From positions 26,397,056 through 26,460,590 of the forward strand of contig NC_057749.1 of the NCBI RefSeq assembly GCF_004010195.1: a DNA stretch of 63,535 nucleotides, read 5' to 3'. The notes below the pieces were generated by a model, which did not search any database, was not told where the DNA came from, and saw only the letters and a list, made by a program, of their open reading frames with translations. Shown here piece by piece: positions 29,401 to 42,600 of this stretch. Each line of letters starts with the position of its first letter. Positions within the stretch are counted from its first letter, which is position 1. A program made the translations under genes and the position numbers. This stretch comes from Chiloscyllium plagiosum (taxonomy: Eukaryota).

Positions 29401-32400
29401 GGTGGAGGTATTGGTGATCTTTCAGGAATCACTAGAGTCAGACAGGGTCCCAGAGGATTGGAAAATTGTTATGTAACCCCTCTGTTTAAGAAGGGAGGGA
29501 GGAAAGTAAGAAACAAAAGGCCAGTTAGCCTGATCTCGGTTGTTAGTACAATTGAAAGTCCATTATTAAGGAGGAGATTGCAGAGTACTTGGAGTGCATG
29601 GTAAAATAGAATTGAGTCAGCACAGCTTCTTCAAGGGGAGGTCATGATTGACAAATCTGTTAGAACCTTCTGAAGAGGTAATGAGCAAGTTAGACAACAC
29701 AGTGTTAGTGGAAGAGAACGGGTCCAGAGGAGGTTCATGGGAATGATCCCAGGCTTAACATGTGGAATCAGGGTCTATGCTCAATGGAGTTTAGAAGGAT
29801 GAGGGTGGATTTAATTAAAACGTACAGAATAGTGAAAGGCCTGGATAGAGTGAACATTGGAAAGATGTTTCATTAGGAGAGACTAGGACCCGAGGGCAAA
29901 GCCTTAGAGTAAAAGGAAGGCTCTTAGTACGGAGATCAGGTGAAACTCCTTCAGCCAGACAGTGGTGAATCTATGGAATTCATCCCCACAGAAGACTGTG
30001 GAGGCCAGATCATTGTCTACATTTAAGACAGAGACAGATAGCTTCTTGCTTGTTAAGGGGATCAAAGATTATGGGGAGAAAGCGGGAGAATGGGGTTGAG
30101 AAACCTATCAGCCATGATTGAATGGCTGAGCAGATTCAAAGAGCCGAATGGCCTCATTTAAGACCATAAGACATAGGAGCGGAAGGAAGGCCATTCGGCC
30201 CATCGAGTCCACTCCGCCATTCAATCATGGCTGATGGGCATTTCAATTCCACTTACCCGCATTCTCCCCTTGGCCCTTAATTCCTTGTGACATCAAGAAT
30301 TTATCAATCTCTGCCTTGAAGACATTTAGTGTCCCAGCCTCCACTGCACTCTGCGGCAATGAATTCCACAGGCCCACCACTCTCTGGCTGAAGAAATGTC
30401 TCCGAATTTCTGTTCTGAAACATGCTCCAGTGCCAGTATGTCCTTCCTGAGGTGTGGGGACCAAAACTGGACACAGTACTCCAAATGGAGCCTAACCAGA
30501 GCTTTATAAAGTCTCAGTAGCACAACGGTGCTTTTATATTCCAACCCTCTTGAGATAAATGACAACATTGCATTCGCTTTCTTAATCACGGACTCAACCT
30601 GGATGTTCTGCTCCCACGCCTTATGATTTTATGGAAGTGATCCATTTGGGTTTTCAGAAGGCCTTCAACAAGATGCTGCTTAGGAGGCTGCGAAATAAGA
30701 TGACAGCCCATGTGTTAGGGACAAGGTACTGGTATGAATAGAGGATTGGCTGATTGGCAGAAGGCAGAGAATGGGGATCAAGGTGTCTTTTTCAGAATGG
30801 CAGCTGGTGACTAGTGGAGTTCCACAGGGAACTGTGTTTGGACAACTATAACAATCTGGATGAAGGAACTGAGGGTATTGTTGATAATTTTACAGGTGAT
30901 ACAAAGATAGGTGGAAGCACAGGTAGTGTTGAGGAAGCAGAGAGGCTGCAGAAGAACTTGAATAGGCTATGGGTGTGGGCAAAGAAGTGGCAGATGCAAT
31001 ACAGTGTGGGAAAGTGTGAGGTTACGCACTTTGGCAGGAACAATAGAGGTATTGACTATTTTCTAAATGGAGAAGATGTAAGAAATTTGAAACACAAACG
31101 AACTTAGGAGATGAGTTCAGGATACTCTTAAGATTAACATTCAGGTTTAGGTGACAGTTAGGAAGACAAAAGAAATGTTACCATTCATTTTGATAGAGTA
31201 AGAATACAAGACCAGAGATGTACAGTTGAGCCTGTATAAGGCTCTACTGAGACCACATTTGGAATATTGAGAGCAGTTTCAGGCCTCTTATCTAAGAAAG
31301 GATTGGCTGGTGTTGGAGGGGGCCCAGAGGAGAATTTTGGGAATGATCCCTTGGTGAATGGCTTGTCATATGAGGAGCAATTGAGAATTCTGGTTCTGTA
31401 TACAATGGAATTTAGAACAATGAGGGGGTTCATAGAATCATTGAATCCCTGTAGTGTGGAAACAGGCCATGTTGGTTTAACAAGTCCACACGGACTTTCC
31501 AAAGAGTATCCCACCCTGACCCTATCCCCTACCCTAATACTTTACATTTCCCTTGACTAATGCACCAAACCTACACATCCCTGAACACAATGGGTAATTT
31601 AGCACAGCCAATTCACCTAACCTGCATGTCTTTAGATTGTGGGTGGAAACTGGAGCACCCGGAGGAACCCACGTTCTGACTGAAACTTACAGAATACTTA
31701 GAGGCCTCGATAGAGTAGATGTAGAGAAGATGTTTCTATTAGTAGGAGAGACTAGGACCCGAAGGCACAGCCTCAGAGTAAAGGGATAACCCTTTAGAAC
31801 TAAGATGAGAAGGAATCTCTTCCGCCAGAGGACGGTGAATCTTTGGAACCAATTGCAACAGAGAGCAGTGGAGAGTAAGTCATTGAGTATATTTAAGACA
31901 GATATAGATAAGTTCTTAATTTAAGAAAGGGAATCAAGGGAATAGGGAGAAGACAGGAGAATGGGTTGAGAAACATATCAGCCGACTTGATGGGGTGAAT
32001 GATCTAATTCTGCTCCTTTATATTATGGTCTTACGAAATTGGCTTTTTTTTTAAGGCCCTTTGGCCCAGCAAGTCTACACTGACCCTCCAAAGAATAACC
32101 CATCCAGTCCCATATTATTCTACATTCCTCCCCCTGACTAATGCACCTAACCTACACATCCCTGAACACTGTGGGCAATTTAGCATGGCCAGTTCACCTA
32201 ACCTGCATGTCTTTGGACTATGGGAGGAAACCAGAGCACCCAAAGGAAGCCCACACAGACACGGGGAGAATGTGCAAACTCCACACAGGCAGTCATCCAA
32301 GGCTGGGATCGAACCCAGGTCCCTGGCGTTGTGAGGCAGCAATGCTAATCACTGAGCGACCATGATGCCCCAAATTAATTTGGTTCAGAAGAAAGCCATA

Positions 32401-35400
32401 TAACGAGAGATAATAAAACCAAATCTGTGGATGCTGGAAATCTTCAACTGAAGAATAAATTACTGGATAAACTCAGCAGGTCTGGCAGCATTTTTGGAGA
32501 AAAAGCACAGTCATCAGCACCCCAAGTTCTGAAGAGGGTTGCTGGTCCCTAAATGTTGGGTTTTCTTTTTTTCCCCACAGATGCTGCCAGATCTGCTATG
32601 TTTCTCCAGAAATTTCTGATTTGTGCAAGGGATTAACCTTGTCATCAACTGAAGAGGGGGAGTTGAATAATGAAGTACCTGTTCTTCATTACCCAGAAGA
32701 CTGACAATTTGGGGGACCCTATCTGGAACTATAATAGTGGAACCTTGTTAAGGGACTGTTTGTAGCTTTACCCAAAAATCTATTGATCTCTGTCTTGGAC
32801 CTATCCAATGACGGAGCATCTGTGGCCAGCTGGGATTGAGCATTCTAAGATTCTTTAAGTGAGGAAATCTCACCTCATCTCAGTTCTAAATGGCTGATCC
32901 CTTATCCTAAGTCTGAGAGTTTTCAAAGTGGAAGTCACTGATGAAGATAGCATTTATGAGATGGTGATGGCCAGCAGCCCCTTTGAAAAGTCCATGTGGG
33001 ATAAGCACAGACACAGTTGAGAAATATATCAGCAGACTTGATGGGGTAAATGATCTAATTCTGCTCCTTTATATTGAGAGGATTCTGAGCCTGCAACGAT
33101 GAAGGAAAAGTGGTGGAGAAATTGCTGGCAACGGTGTTCATAAGCATTTGTTGGCTTGTCATTCTAAGTGACAGGTGGTTGCAAGTTTGAAAACAAAAGT
33201 CTGAAGGAGCTGTGGCGAAATTTTTCAGTGCACCTTGTTAACGTTTGCTGCTATAGCACATCAATGCTGAGTGGAGATAGTAGATGGAGTGCCAATCAAG
33301 CTGACTGCTTTGTCATGAATAGTTTTCTTGTGTGTTGTTGGAGCTGCACTCATCCAGGCAAATGGAGAGGATTTCATCACAATCCTAACTTGTTCCTTGT
33401 AGATGGTGGACAAGTTTAGGAAGTCAGGAGATGTGATATTCATTGGAGAATTCCCAGCTTTGGATCTGCTTAGGTAGTCATTGTAATATTCAAATGATTT
33501 TTATTATTTATCAAGCACGAGGAACAAAATTAAGGAATAGGTCCTCGAGGGTCATAATCTCCGGATTACTGCCTGAGCCATGTGCAAATTGGCTTAAGGA
33601 TACGGAAATTAGGGAATTAAACACGTGACTAATGGAGTGGTGTGGGAAAGAGGGGTTCCATTTCATTGGGCATTGGCATCAGTACTGGGACCGGGGTGAT
33701 CTATACCGATGGGACGGTCTTCACCTTAACCGATCTGGAACCTGCGTTGTAGCAAAAAGGATAAATAGAGTGGTCACTAGGACATTAAACTAGTGAGTCT
33801 AGGAATAGGGAAAGGGAAAACAAGGATATAGTGATATATGAAAAGGTAAGTGAGTTTTGCGAAGATGTGTAACTCAGGATAAGGTTCTGGATGCAGGTTT
33901 ACTCGCTGAGCTGGAAGATTCGTTTTCAGACGTTTTGTCACTATACGAGGTAACACCTTCAGTGAGCCTCCAGATAAAGCACTGTGGCCTGCTTTCTATT
34001 TGTGTGTTTAGGTTTCCTTGGGTTGGTGATATAATTTCCTGTTCTTTTTCTCAGGGGTTGGTAAATAGGATCCAAGTCAATGTGTTTGCTGATAGAGTTC
34101 TGGTTGGAATGCCATGCTTGTAGGAATCCTTGTGTGTCTCTCTGTTTGGCTTGTCCTAGGATAGATGTGTTGTCCCAGTTGAAGTGGTGTCCTTCCTCAG
34201 CTGTATGTAAGGATACTAGTGAGAGCAGGCATGTCGTTTGTGGCTAGTTGCTGTTCATGTATCCTGGTGGCTAGTTTTCTACCTGTTTGTCCAAATGTAG
34301 CGTTTGTTACAGTTCTTGTAAGGCATTTTGTAAATGACATTAGTTTTGCTAGTTGTCTGTATAGGGTCTTTCAAGGTCATTAGCTGCTGTTTTAGTGTGT
34401 TGGTGGGTTTATGGGCTACCATGATGCCAAGAGGTCTGGGTTGTCTGGAAGTCATTTCCAAGATGTCTTTGATGGAGGGGAGCATGGCTAGGGTTTCTGA
34501 ATGTGTTTTGTCTGCTTGTTTGGGTTTTGTTTGAGGAACAAACCCAAACAAGCAGACAAAACACGTCCAGAAAGAAGTAAAAAGGAAGGATAACTTAGAT
34601 GATATTATTAGAGATGTTGGAAATCATGAGGGTAAGAAAGCTAGCATAGGGGAACTTTACCTGAATTCTCGTAGCATTCATAACAAAGGTGATGAGTTAA
34701 CGATTTAGTAGCCAGTACAGAGACATGGTTACAGGGTGGTCATGACCGGAAGTTAAATATCTAGGGGTACCAGACCATTGGGAAGGGCAGATAGGAAGGT
34801 AAGGGAGGTGATGTGTCTCTGATATTCAAGGATGACATCAGAACGGTGCTGAGAGATGACATAGGTTCTATGGAGGATGAGGTTGAATCCATTTGGGTGG
34901 AAATTAGAAATTCTAAGAGGAAAAAGTCACTGATAGGCATAGTCTATAGCCCACCAAATTATTGGGGCAGGCAAAAAGTAAAGAAATAACTAATGCCTGG
35001 AAAAATGGTACGGCAATTATCATGGGGGATTTTAATCTACATGTAGATTGGTCAAACCCCAGCTCAGTCAAGGTAGCCTTGAGGAGGGGTTCATTGAATG
35101 TATCCGTGATAGTTTTCTTGAACAGTATGTAATGGAACCGATGAGGGAGCAAGCTATCCTAGATCTAGTCCTGTGTAATGAGGCAGGAATAATTAATGAC
35201 CTCATAGTTAGAGATCCTCTTGGAAGGGACGATCACAGTATGGTTGAATTTAGAATACAGGTGGAAAATGTGATAAAATCCGATACTAGGGTCCTGTACT
35301 TTAACAAGGGAGACTACAACAGAATGAGGGAGGACTTGGCTCAAGTCGATAGGAAACAAAGATTTTATGGTGGGACAGTTGAGGACTTTCAAAGCAATTC

Positions 35401-38400
35401 TTCAAAATGCTCAGCAAAAGTATATTCCAGTGAAAAGGAAGGACTGCAAGAAAAGGGGTAGCCTGCCATGGGTGTCTCAGGAAATAAGGGAGGCTAATCA
35501 AATTGAAAGAGAAGGCATACAAAGTGGCCAAGATCAGCAGGAAACTAGAAGATTGGGAAAACTGGAAAGGTCAACAGAAAGTAACAAGAGCTGCAAAGAA
35601 AAAGCTATAACATGAGAAAAAGTAGCACTGAATATAAAGACAGATAGCAAAAGTTTCTGCAATTAGATAAAATTAAAAAGAGTGGCTACAGTAAATATTG
35701 GCCCTTTAGAGGATGAGAAGGGGGATTTAGTTATGGGATATGAGGAAATGGCCGAGGCACTGAACAGGTATTTTGTATCAGTCTTCACAGTGGAGGACAT
35801 TAATAACATGCCAGTAGCTGACAAGGAGACGAAGGTTGTAAGGACCTGGAAGCAATCATTATTACTGAAGAGCTAGTGCTGGGCAAGCTAATGGAGCTAA
35901 GGATTGATAAGTCTCCTGGCCCTGATGGAATGCATCCCAAGGTACTAAGAGAGATGGCAGGAGAAACAGCAGGTGCACTGGCAGTAGTTTTCCAAAATTC
36001 GCTGTACTCTGTGGCAGTCCCAGCAGATTGGAAAACAGCAAATGAGATGCCATTGTTTAAAAAGGGAGGTAGACAAAAGATGGAGAATTACGGACCAGTT
36101 AGCTTAACTTCTGCAGTGGGGAAGATGCTTAAGTCTATTATCGAGGAAGAAATAGCAAGGCATCTCGATAGAAATTGTCCCATTGGGCTGGCACATCATG
36201 GGTTCATGAAGGGTGAGTCATACTTAACAAATCTTTTGGAATTCTATGAAGGCATTACAAGCAAGGTGGATAATGGGGACCCCGTGGACGTGGTGTACCT
36301 AGATTGCCAAAAGGCCTTCGACAAAGTGCTGCACAAGAGGCTGCTGTGTAAGATAAGGATGCATGGAGTTAGGTGTAGAGTATTAGCATAGATAGAGGAT
36401 TGATTGTCTAACAGGAAGCAAAGAATGGGGATAAATGAATGTTATCCTGGCTGGCAATCAGTGACTAGTGGTGTGCCTCAGGGATCGGAATAGGGACCAC
36501 AATTATTTACAATTTATATTGATGACATGGAGTGTGGAGCCACATGTAGGGTGTCAAAGTTTGCAAATGACACTAAGATGAGTGGCAGAGCAAAGTGTAC
36601 AGAGGACTGTGAAACTTCGCAGAGGAGCACAGATGAATTGGGTGAGTGGGCAAAGGTCTGGCAGATGGAATACAATGCTAATAAATGTGAAGTCATACAT
36701 TTTGGTCGGATTAATAATAAGGATTATTACTTGAATGGTACAAAGTTGCAACATGCTGCTGTGCAGATGGACCTGGGTGTCTTGTGCAAGAATCACAGAA
36801 GGTTTGTCTGCAAGTACAAGTAATAAGGAAGGCAAATGGAATTTTGTCCTTCATTGCTAAAGGGAATGAATTTAAAAGCAGACTGGTTACATTGCAGCTG
36901 TACAAGGGGCTGGTGAGTCCATACCTGCAGTACTGTGTGCAGTTTTGGTCTCCCTACTTGAGAAAGGATGTACTGGCACTGGAGGGGGTGCAGAGGAGGT
37001 TCACTAGGATGATTCTGGAGTTGAGGGTGTTGGCTTATGAGGAGAGACTGAGTAGGTTGGGATTATATTCATTGGAATTCAGAAGATTGAGGGGGGATCT
37101 TATAGAAACATATAACATTATGAAGGAAATAGATAAGATAGAAGTAGGGAGGATGTTTCCACTAGCAGGTGAAACTTGGACTGAATTAAGAAGTAAATTC
37201 TTCACCCAGAGGGTTGTGAATCTACTGAAGTCCCTGCCCAGTGAAGTAGCTGAGGGTACTTTGATAAACTTTTTTAAAGCTAAGGTAGATCTTTTTTGAA
37301 CAATAACCGAATTAAGGGATACGGTGAGAGCACAGGTAAGTGGATCTGAGTCTATGAAAAGATTAGCCATGATCTTATTGATTGGTGGAGTAGGCTTGAT
37401 GGCCTACTCCTGCTCCTAGTTCTTATAACAGTCAGTTCAGCCTCTAGTCAATAGGCAACATCAGTGGGGGATTTAATGATGGTAATGCCACTGAATGTGA
37501 AGGGGACTGAATGATAGTCTGTTACTGGAGATGGTCACTACCTGATACTAATGAGCCACAAATGTTACTTGCCACCTGTCAGCCCAAGCCTGGATATTGT
37601 CCAGGTCTTGCTGCATTTGGATATGGACTATTCAGTATCTGATGGGTCGTGAATTGTGTCAAACATTGTGCAATTACTTGCAATGTCTTTTATTTCTGAC
37701 CTTATGATAAGAGGAAAGGCCACTGATGAAACAGCTGAAGATTTTCGGACATTATCCTGAGGAATTCCTGCACAGATGTGCTGGAGCTAAGATGACTGAC
37801 CACCTGGGGTAAACTCACACAGACACGGGGGGAGAATGCGCAAACTCACACAGTCACCCGAGGCTGGAATTGAACCCGGTCCCTGGCACTGTGAGGCAGC
37901 AGTGCTAACCGCTGAGCCACCTTGCCGCCTGAAAGTTTTTGGCAAAACTTAGCAGGTCTGGCAGCATCGATAGGGAGAAAGCAGAATTAATGTTCGTTAC
38001 CAGACTTGAAAAATTAACTCTGCTTTCTTCCTACAGATGCTGCCAGCAATTTCTGTTTTTCGTTTCAGTTCTCCAACATCCGCACTTGTTTGTTTTGTTT
38101 CAGTGTCAGTGGGAATTGGGGTCAAACTCCCTACTGGTTGAAGTGCTACCTGGCACAAAGAAAGATGGTGGCCCATTTCCCAAGTCTTCACCCAGCAGTC
38201 TGTCAAGGTACATTCCTTTTGTATAGTGGTTTAATACAACTGAATAACTAGCCAGGTCATTTCAGAGGGACTTAAGAAATAACCACATTGTTCTGGTCTG
38301 CAGTCACATGAGGACCGCCACACCAGACAATACCTGTGACAATATCACATTTCTGACGGCATCAATAATCGCCATTTATGACCTTACCTTTAAATTCCAG

Positions 38401-39589
38401 ATTTAAAAATAAAATTAAAGTTCTACTGACTACTATACTGGATTTGAATCACATATCCACAGAGCATTTGCCTGCTCGAAATCATATTCCTGATTTCTTG
38501 TATGTTAAATTTCTGAGACTGATTCTAGGAAGTGTACGTTCCTCCGAGCACAAACATTTCACTGCCTCTCGCCATTCAAAGTAGATTTTGCTTTTCCAGT
38601 TTTCCTCCAAAGTTAATGTCTTTCCACTTCACCACATTGTAAGAGGATAACAAAGTTCTTACTCAGAGCCTACAGTTTTCTGGAGGTGTCTGCAGCATTT
38701 TTCAATCTTTAGCTTTCCATCCAACTTTTTATCATTTGCTGATCTAAATATTCTACTCTTACTCCCCTCCTGTCAACCTGAAAATTACTCTTTTGTTCCT
38801 ACTCTGGTTTGTGTCCAGTAACCAATCCTAAATTGAGATTCTAGTTTTTAGTTTTTAAATTGTGACCTGCCACATATACTGCACATACAAAAATCTCATC
38901 AACAAATTCCACTGACCTTGGAGCCTTGTTTCTGGGAAGCCATTGCTATAGATACCAGTGCTGCTGGACCCAATGCTGTTGCACCACACTCTTGCAACCT
39001 GCAGATACACAAGAGGTATACAGTTACAAATTATACTTTTACGATGATTAAAAATAATATCTTTACATGTCAGATTAAAATAAAACAGTGAAGTAGAAAC
39101 CATTCAAGTATTAACATCTCACTTGTGTCGATTCCCCAAGTACAGGCACCACTATAGCCCACAACCTGTGAGGCTTATATTGTATTCTCCACTGATACCA
39201 GTAATCAAAAATGGCCCAAAGAGGTAGTGTCCCACTGCACTGCCCACCCAGCAATACAAACTGATTTCTCTTCTCCAATCACCATCCTTTCATTCTGCAG
39301 GCAACAATGCTGAATGGGATCACGTTCCACAAGCACTGACTCTCACAAAGATGCTGCTCCCACAACCTCTTACTCCTTTCACATAAATTCTTATCTTCTT
39401 GTTTGGAAGCTGTGACTCCCACAATCCAGCATAAGTATCTCACTCAAGTGAAAATGGGTGGTTTCGAAATCAACACATAGTGGTTTAAAGTTTCTCCAAA
39501 CAGCCTTGCCTGGTTTGGAGTTTTTCCATACATGAACCATTTCCTTCATTTCCTCCTGTCCACAGTGAAAATCCAACTTGCTGGAAATG

Positions 39590-39639
<50 letters not shown>

Positions 39640-42600
39640 CTTCGGATTCAGGGACCTGGTACCATTTGGCTGAGGTGCAGAATCTTTGCCATTCCACAAA
39701 ACTCCTACTCTTGCCAAAATATAACCCCACACATATTGAGGGCTACTGTTGTCAGCACTCTTATGCATGGACTGGGAGGTGTAGAGCCCCGTACAATGAC
39801 TGGGGAAGACATGGGATCAAATGCCTCATGTCACCCACTACCATGGAAGGTAGATGTTGGTTCCCCCTATCCAGAGACTAATATTGTCAATTAGGTTGAC
39901 TGGCATTTTACCACCTTGTGGATTAGCCTTCAATGTGTAGGGACATTAAGTGGAACCCGGGCACACTAGTGAATGCTAAGTGAATGGGTTGGAACATAAA
40001 AAATGGAATATAATGTAAAGGTGTGTGTGTAAATATACGTGGAGTTACTCTCTTTTGAAAGGCAGAATACTTCTAAAATGGTGAGAGGTCAAGAAGTGCA
40101 ATGTCCTGGTTCACAGATCACTAACAGTTAGCATTCAGTTGCAACAAGCAATTAGGAAGGTAAGTGGTATATGGGCCTTAATTACAAAGTCTTACTGCAG
40201 TGGTACAAAGCCTTGGTGAGCCCTCACATGGAACACTGTGTACAATTTTAGTCCCCTTGTTTAAGGAGAGATTTACTTACCATGGAGACAGTGCAATGGA
40301 GGTTCACTAGACTAATCCCTGAGATGATAAGATTTTTTTTTGTGGAGAAAATTAGGAGACTGAAACTTTAGGAAGCACAGATCCAAAATATGAGCGGTAA
40401 TCTCAATGATATTTATCAAATTCTAACAAAGTGTGTTGACAGAATGGTTGTAGATGGGATGTCTTTCTGGGTGGCATTAGAACCTGAATTCCCTGAATCT
40501 AGAAGCAGGAGGAAAAAATCTCAGAATCAGTGGTAGGCCATTTAAGACAGAGTTGAGGAGGAATTTCTTCACTCAAAAGGTGGTGAATCTTTGAAATTCT
40601 CTATTGCAGGGGGCTGTGAAGCTCAGACATTCAGCAGGTTTAAGAAGGAATCAGTAGATTTTTAGAGACTGATGACATCAAGGGACATGGAGACTGTGCA
40701 CACAAGTCCCACAATCTAACTGTAAGATAGAGCAGGTTTGATAGGCTGCATGACCTACTCTTCTTCCAATGTTCTACATTCTTTATCCAGGCAGCTTCCC
40801 TGCAGGCCACAGTAATAGTTACTCTGAGACAATTGCCTCCTCCAATGCTCTCATGAACCAGATTGGCCTGGCAGCAGTACGCCACTCACCTCCTTGGGAG
40901 GATGCTAGGTCCAGTCCTGACAGTGGGCCTCAACTCCTGAAGGCACTGCTGAGACTGTTGAGTTGCTGACTCATGAGCAGCTCTTAGGAACAAGCATATG
41001 TCCTTTAAAAAGATGGAAGCCCTGAAGAGAAATAACTTGCTGCTTGACATCAAGAAATACAACTTGGGGCTCCTGCAAATGTCTCAGATATGGCCGTCAA
41101 TGCTTGGAGGTCTTTATTGGGGATCCTTGTGTGTCAACAAAGTAAAGGAGAAGTGCAGAAGCAGAGTAAATTTTAAAACAATAGTGGGGGTGTGGTGGGG
41201 GGATGCGAGAGACCAACTCTGGTTAAAACAAATAATAGTGTTAAAGCAACAGAGAAAGGTATTCATGCAGGGAATGAGTCCACATGGTTTTGTCACAGCA
41301 AAGTTATGTTTGATCTAACGAGTAAGAGTTCTTCAAAGAGGTAGCATGTGCTGTGATATAGCGTAACTGGTGGATGTACTAAACAATAAAAAAAGAACTA
41401 TGGATTCTGAAAATCAGAAGCAAAAACAAAAATTGCTGGAAAACTCAACAGGTCTGGCAGGATCTTTGGAGAGAAGGCAAAAATAATGTTTTAGATCAAG
41501 TGACCTTTCTTCAGAACAGAACTGGTGGATGATTCCCAGGAGGCATTTGATAAGCAACCACAAGGTTATTTGGAAAATAAAGTTCATGATGTCGGATGTA
41601 ACACCTGGAAAGGAGATTAAAACCTGGTAATCACAGCTCAGTTATCTCAATGTGTGTTTTCAGGAAAATATTAGAGTTGATTATAAAAAATATAATAGCA
41701 GATGACTTAGTAATATACAATATGATCAAGCTGAGTCAGCATGGCTTCATGAAAGGGAAATCATGCCTGATAAACTTAGTAGAGCTCTTTGAGAAGCTAA
41801 CAACCAGGATAGATAAAAGGGAAGCAGTGAAATAATATATTTGGATTTTCAGAAAAAGGTACTTGAAAAGGTACCAGACATCAGGCTACTTAATAAGATA
41901 CAAGTAGTATAATAGATTAGATAGAGGATTGGCTAAATAATAAGACAGATTTGGGACGGGGGAAGGGCATTCGTAAGACAGCAACCTGAAACTAGTGCAG
42001 TGTCTCAGAGATCAGTGATTGATACACATCGCAAATATTTGTGCCCAATGTCTCAGATGTGACAAGTGAATATACTATTGCCAAGTTTGTGGATGACACA
42101 AAAATAGATGGGAAGGAAAGTGGTGAAGGTGTCATAAAGACTTTACACAGGGATGAAGATAGGTTAACTGAATGGGAATAAACAAAGCATATGGCATATA
42201 ATGTGGGAAAATGCGAAGTAATGCAATTGGGCATGAAGAATTGTGGAGCTGAATATTATTTAAATGGAGGAAGACTGCAAAAATCAACAAATTGGAGGGA
42301 TTTAGGCACTTTCATCGATGAATCACACAAAGCAAGCTTCAAAGTTCAGTGGGTAATTGGGAAAGCAACTGGAATGTCGGCCTTTAGAACATAGAAAAGT
42401 ACAGCACAGAACAGGCCCTTTGGCCCACAATGTTGTGCCGAGAGTTGATCCTAATGTAAAATATAGTAACAACCTACACACCCCTCAACTCACTGCTATC
42501 CATGTGCATGTCCAGCAGTCGCTTAAATGTCCCCAATGACGCTGCTTCCACCACCACCGCTGGACATGCACATGGATAGCAGTGAGTTGAGGGATGTGTA

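Noticed and set aside
39391..39894. Poly-Pro/poly-Gly ORFs
   Set aside because: They arise from the 44-nt G homopolymer, whose length may itself be a sequencing artefact; no recognisable domain or fitting splice sites
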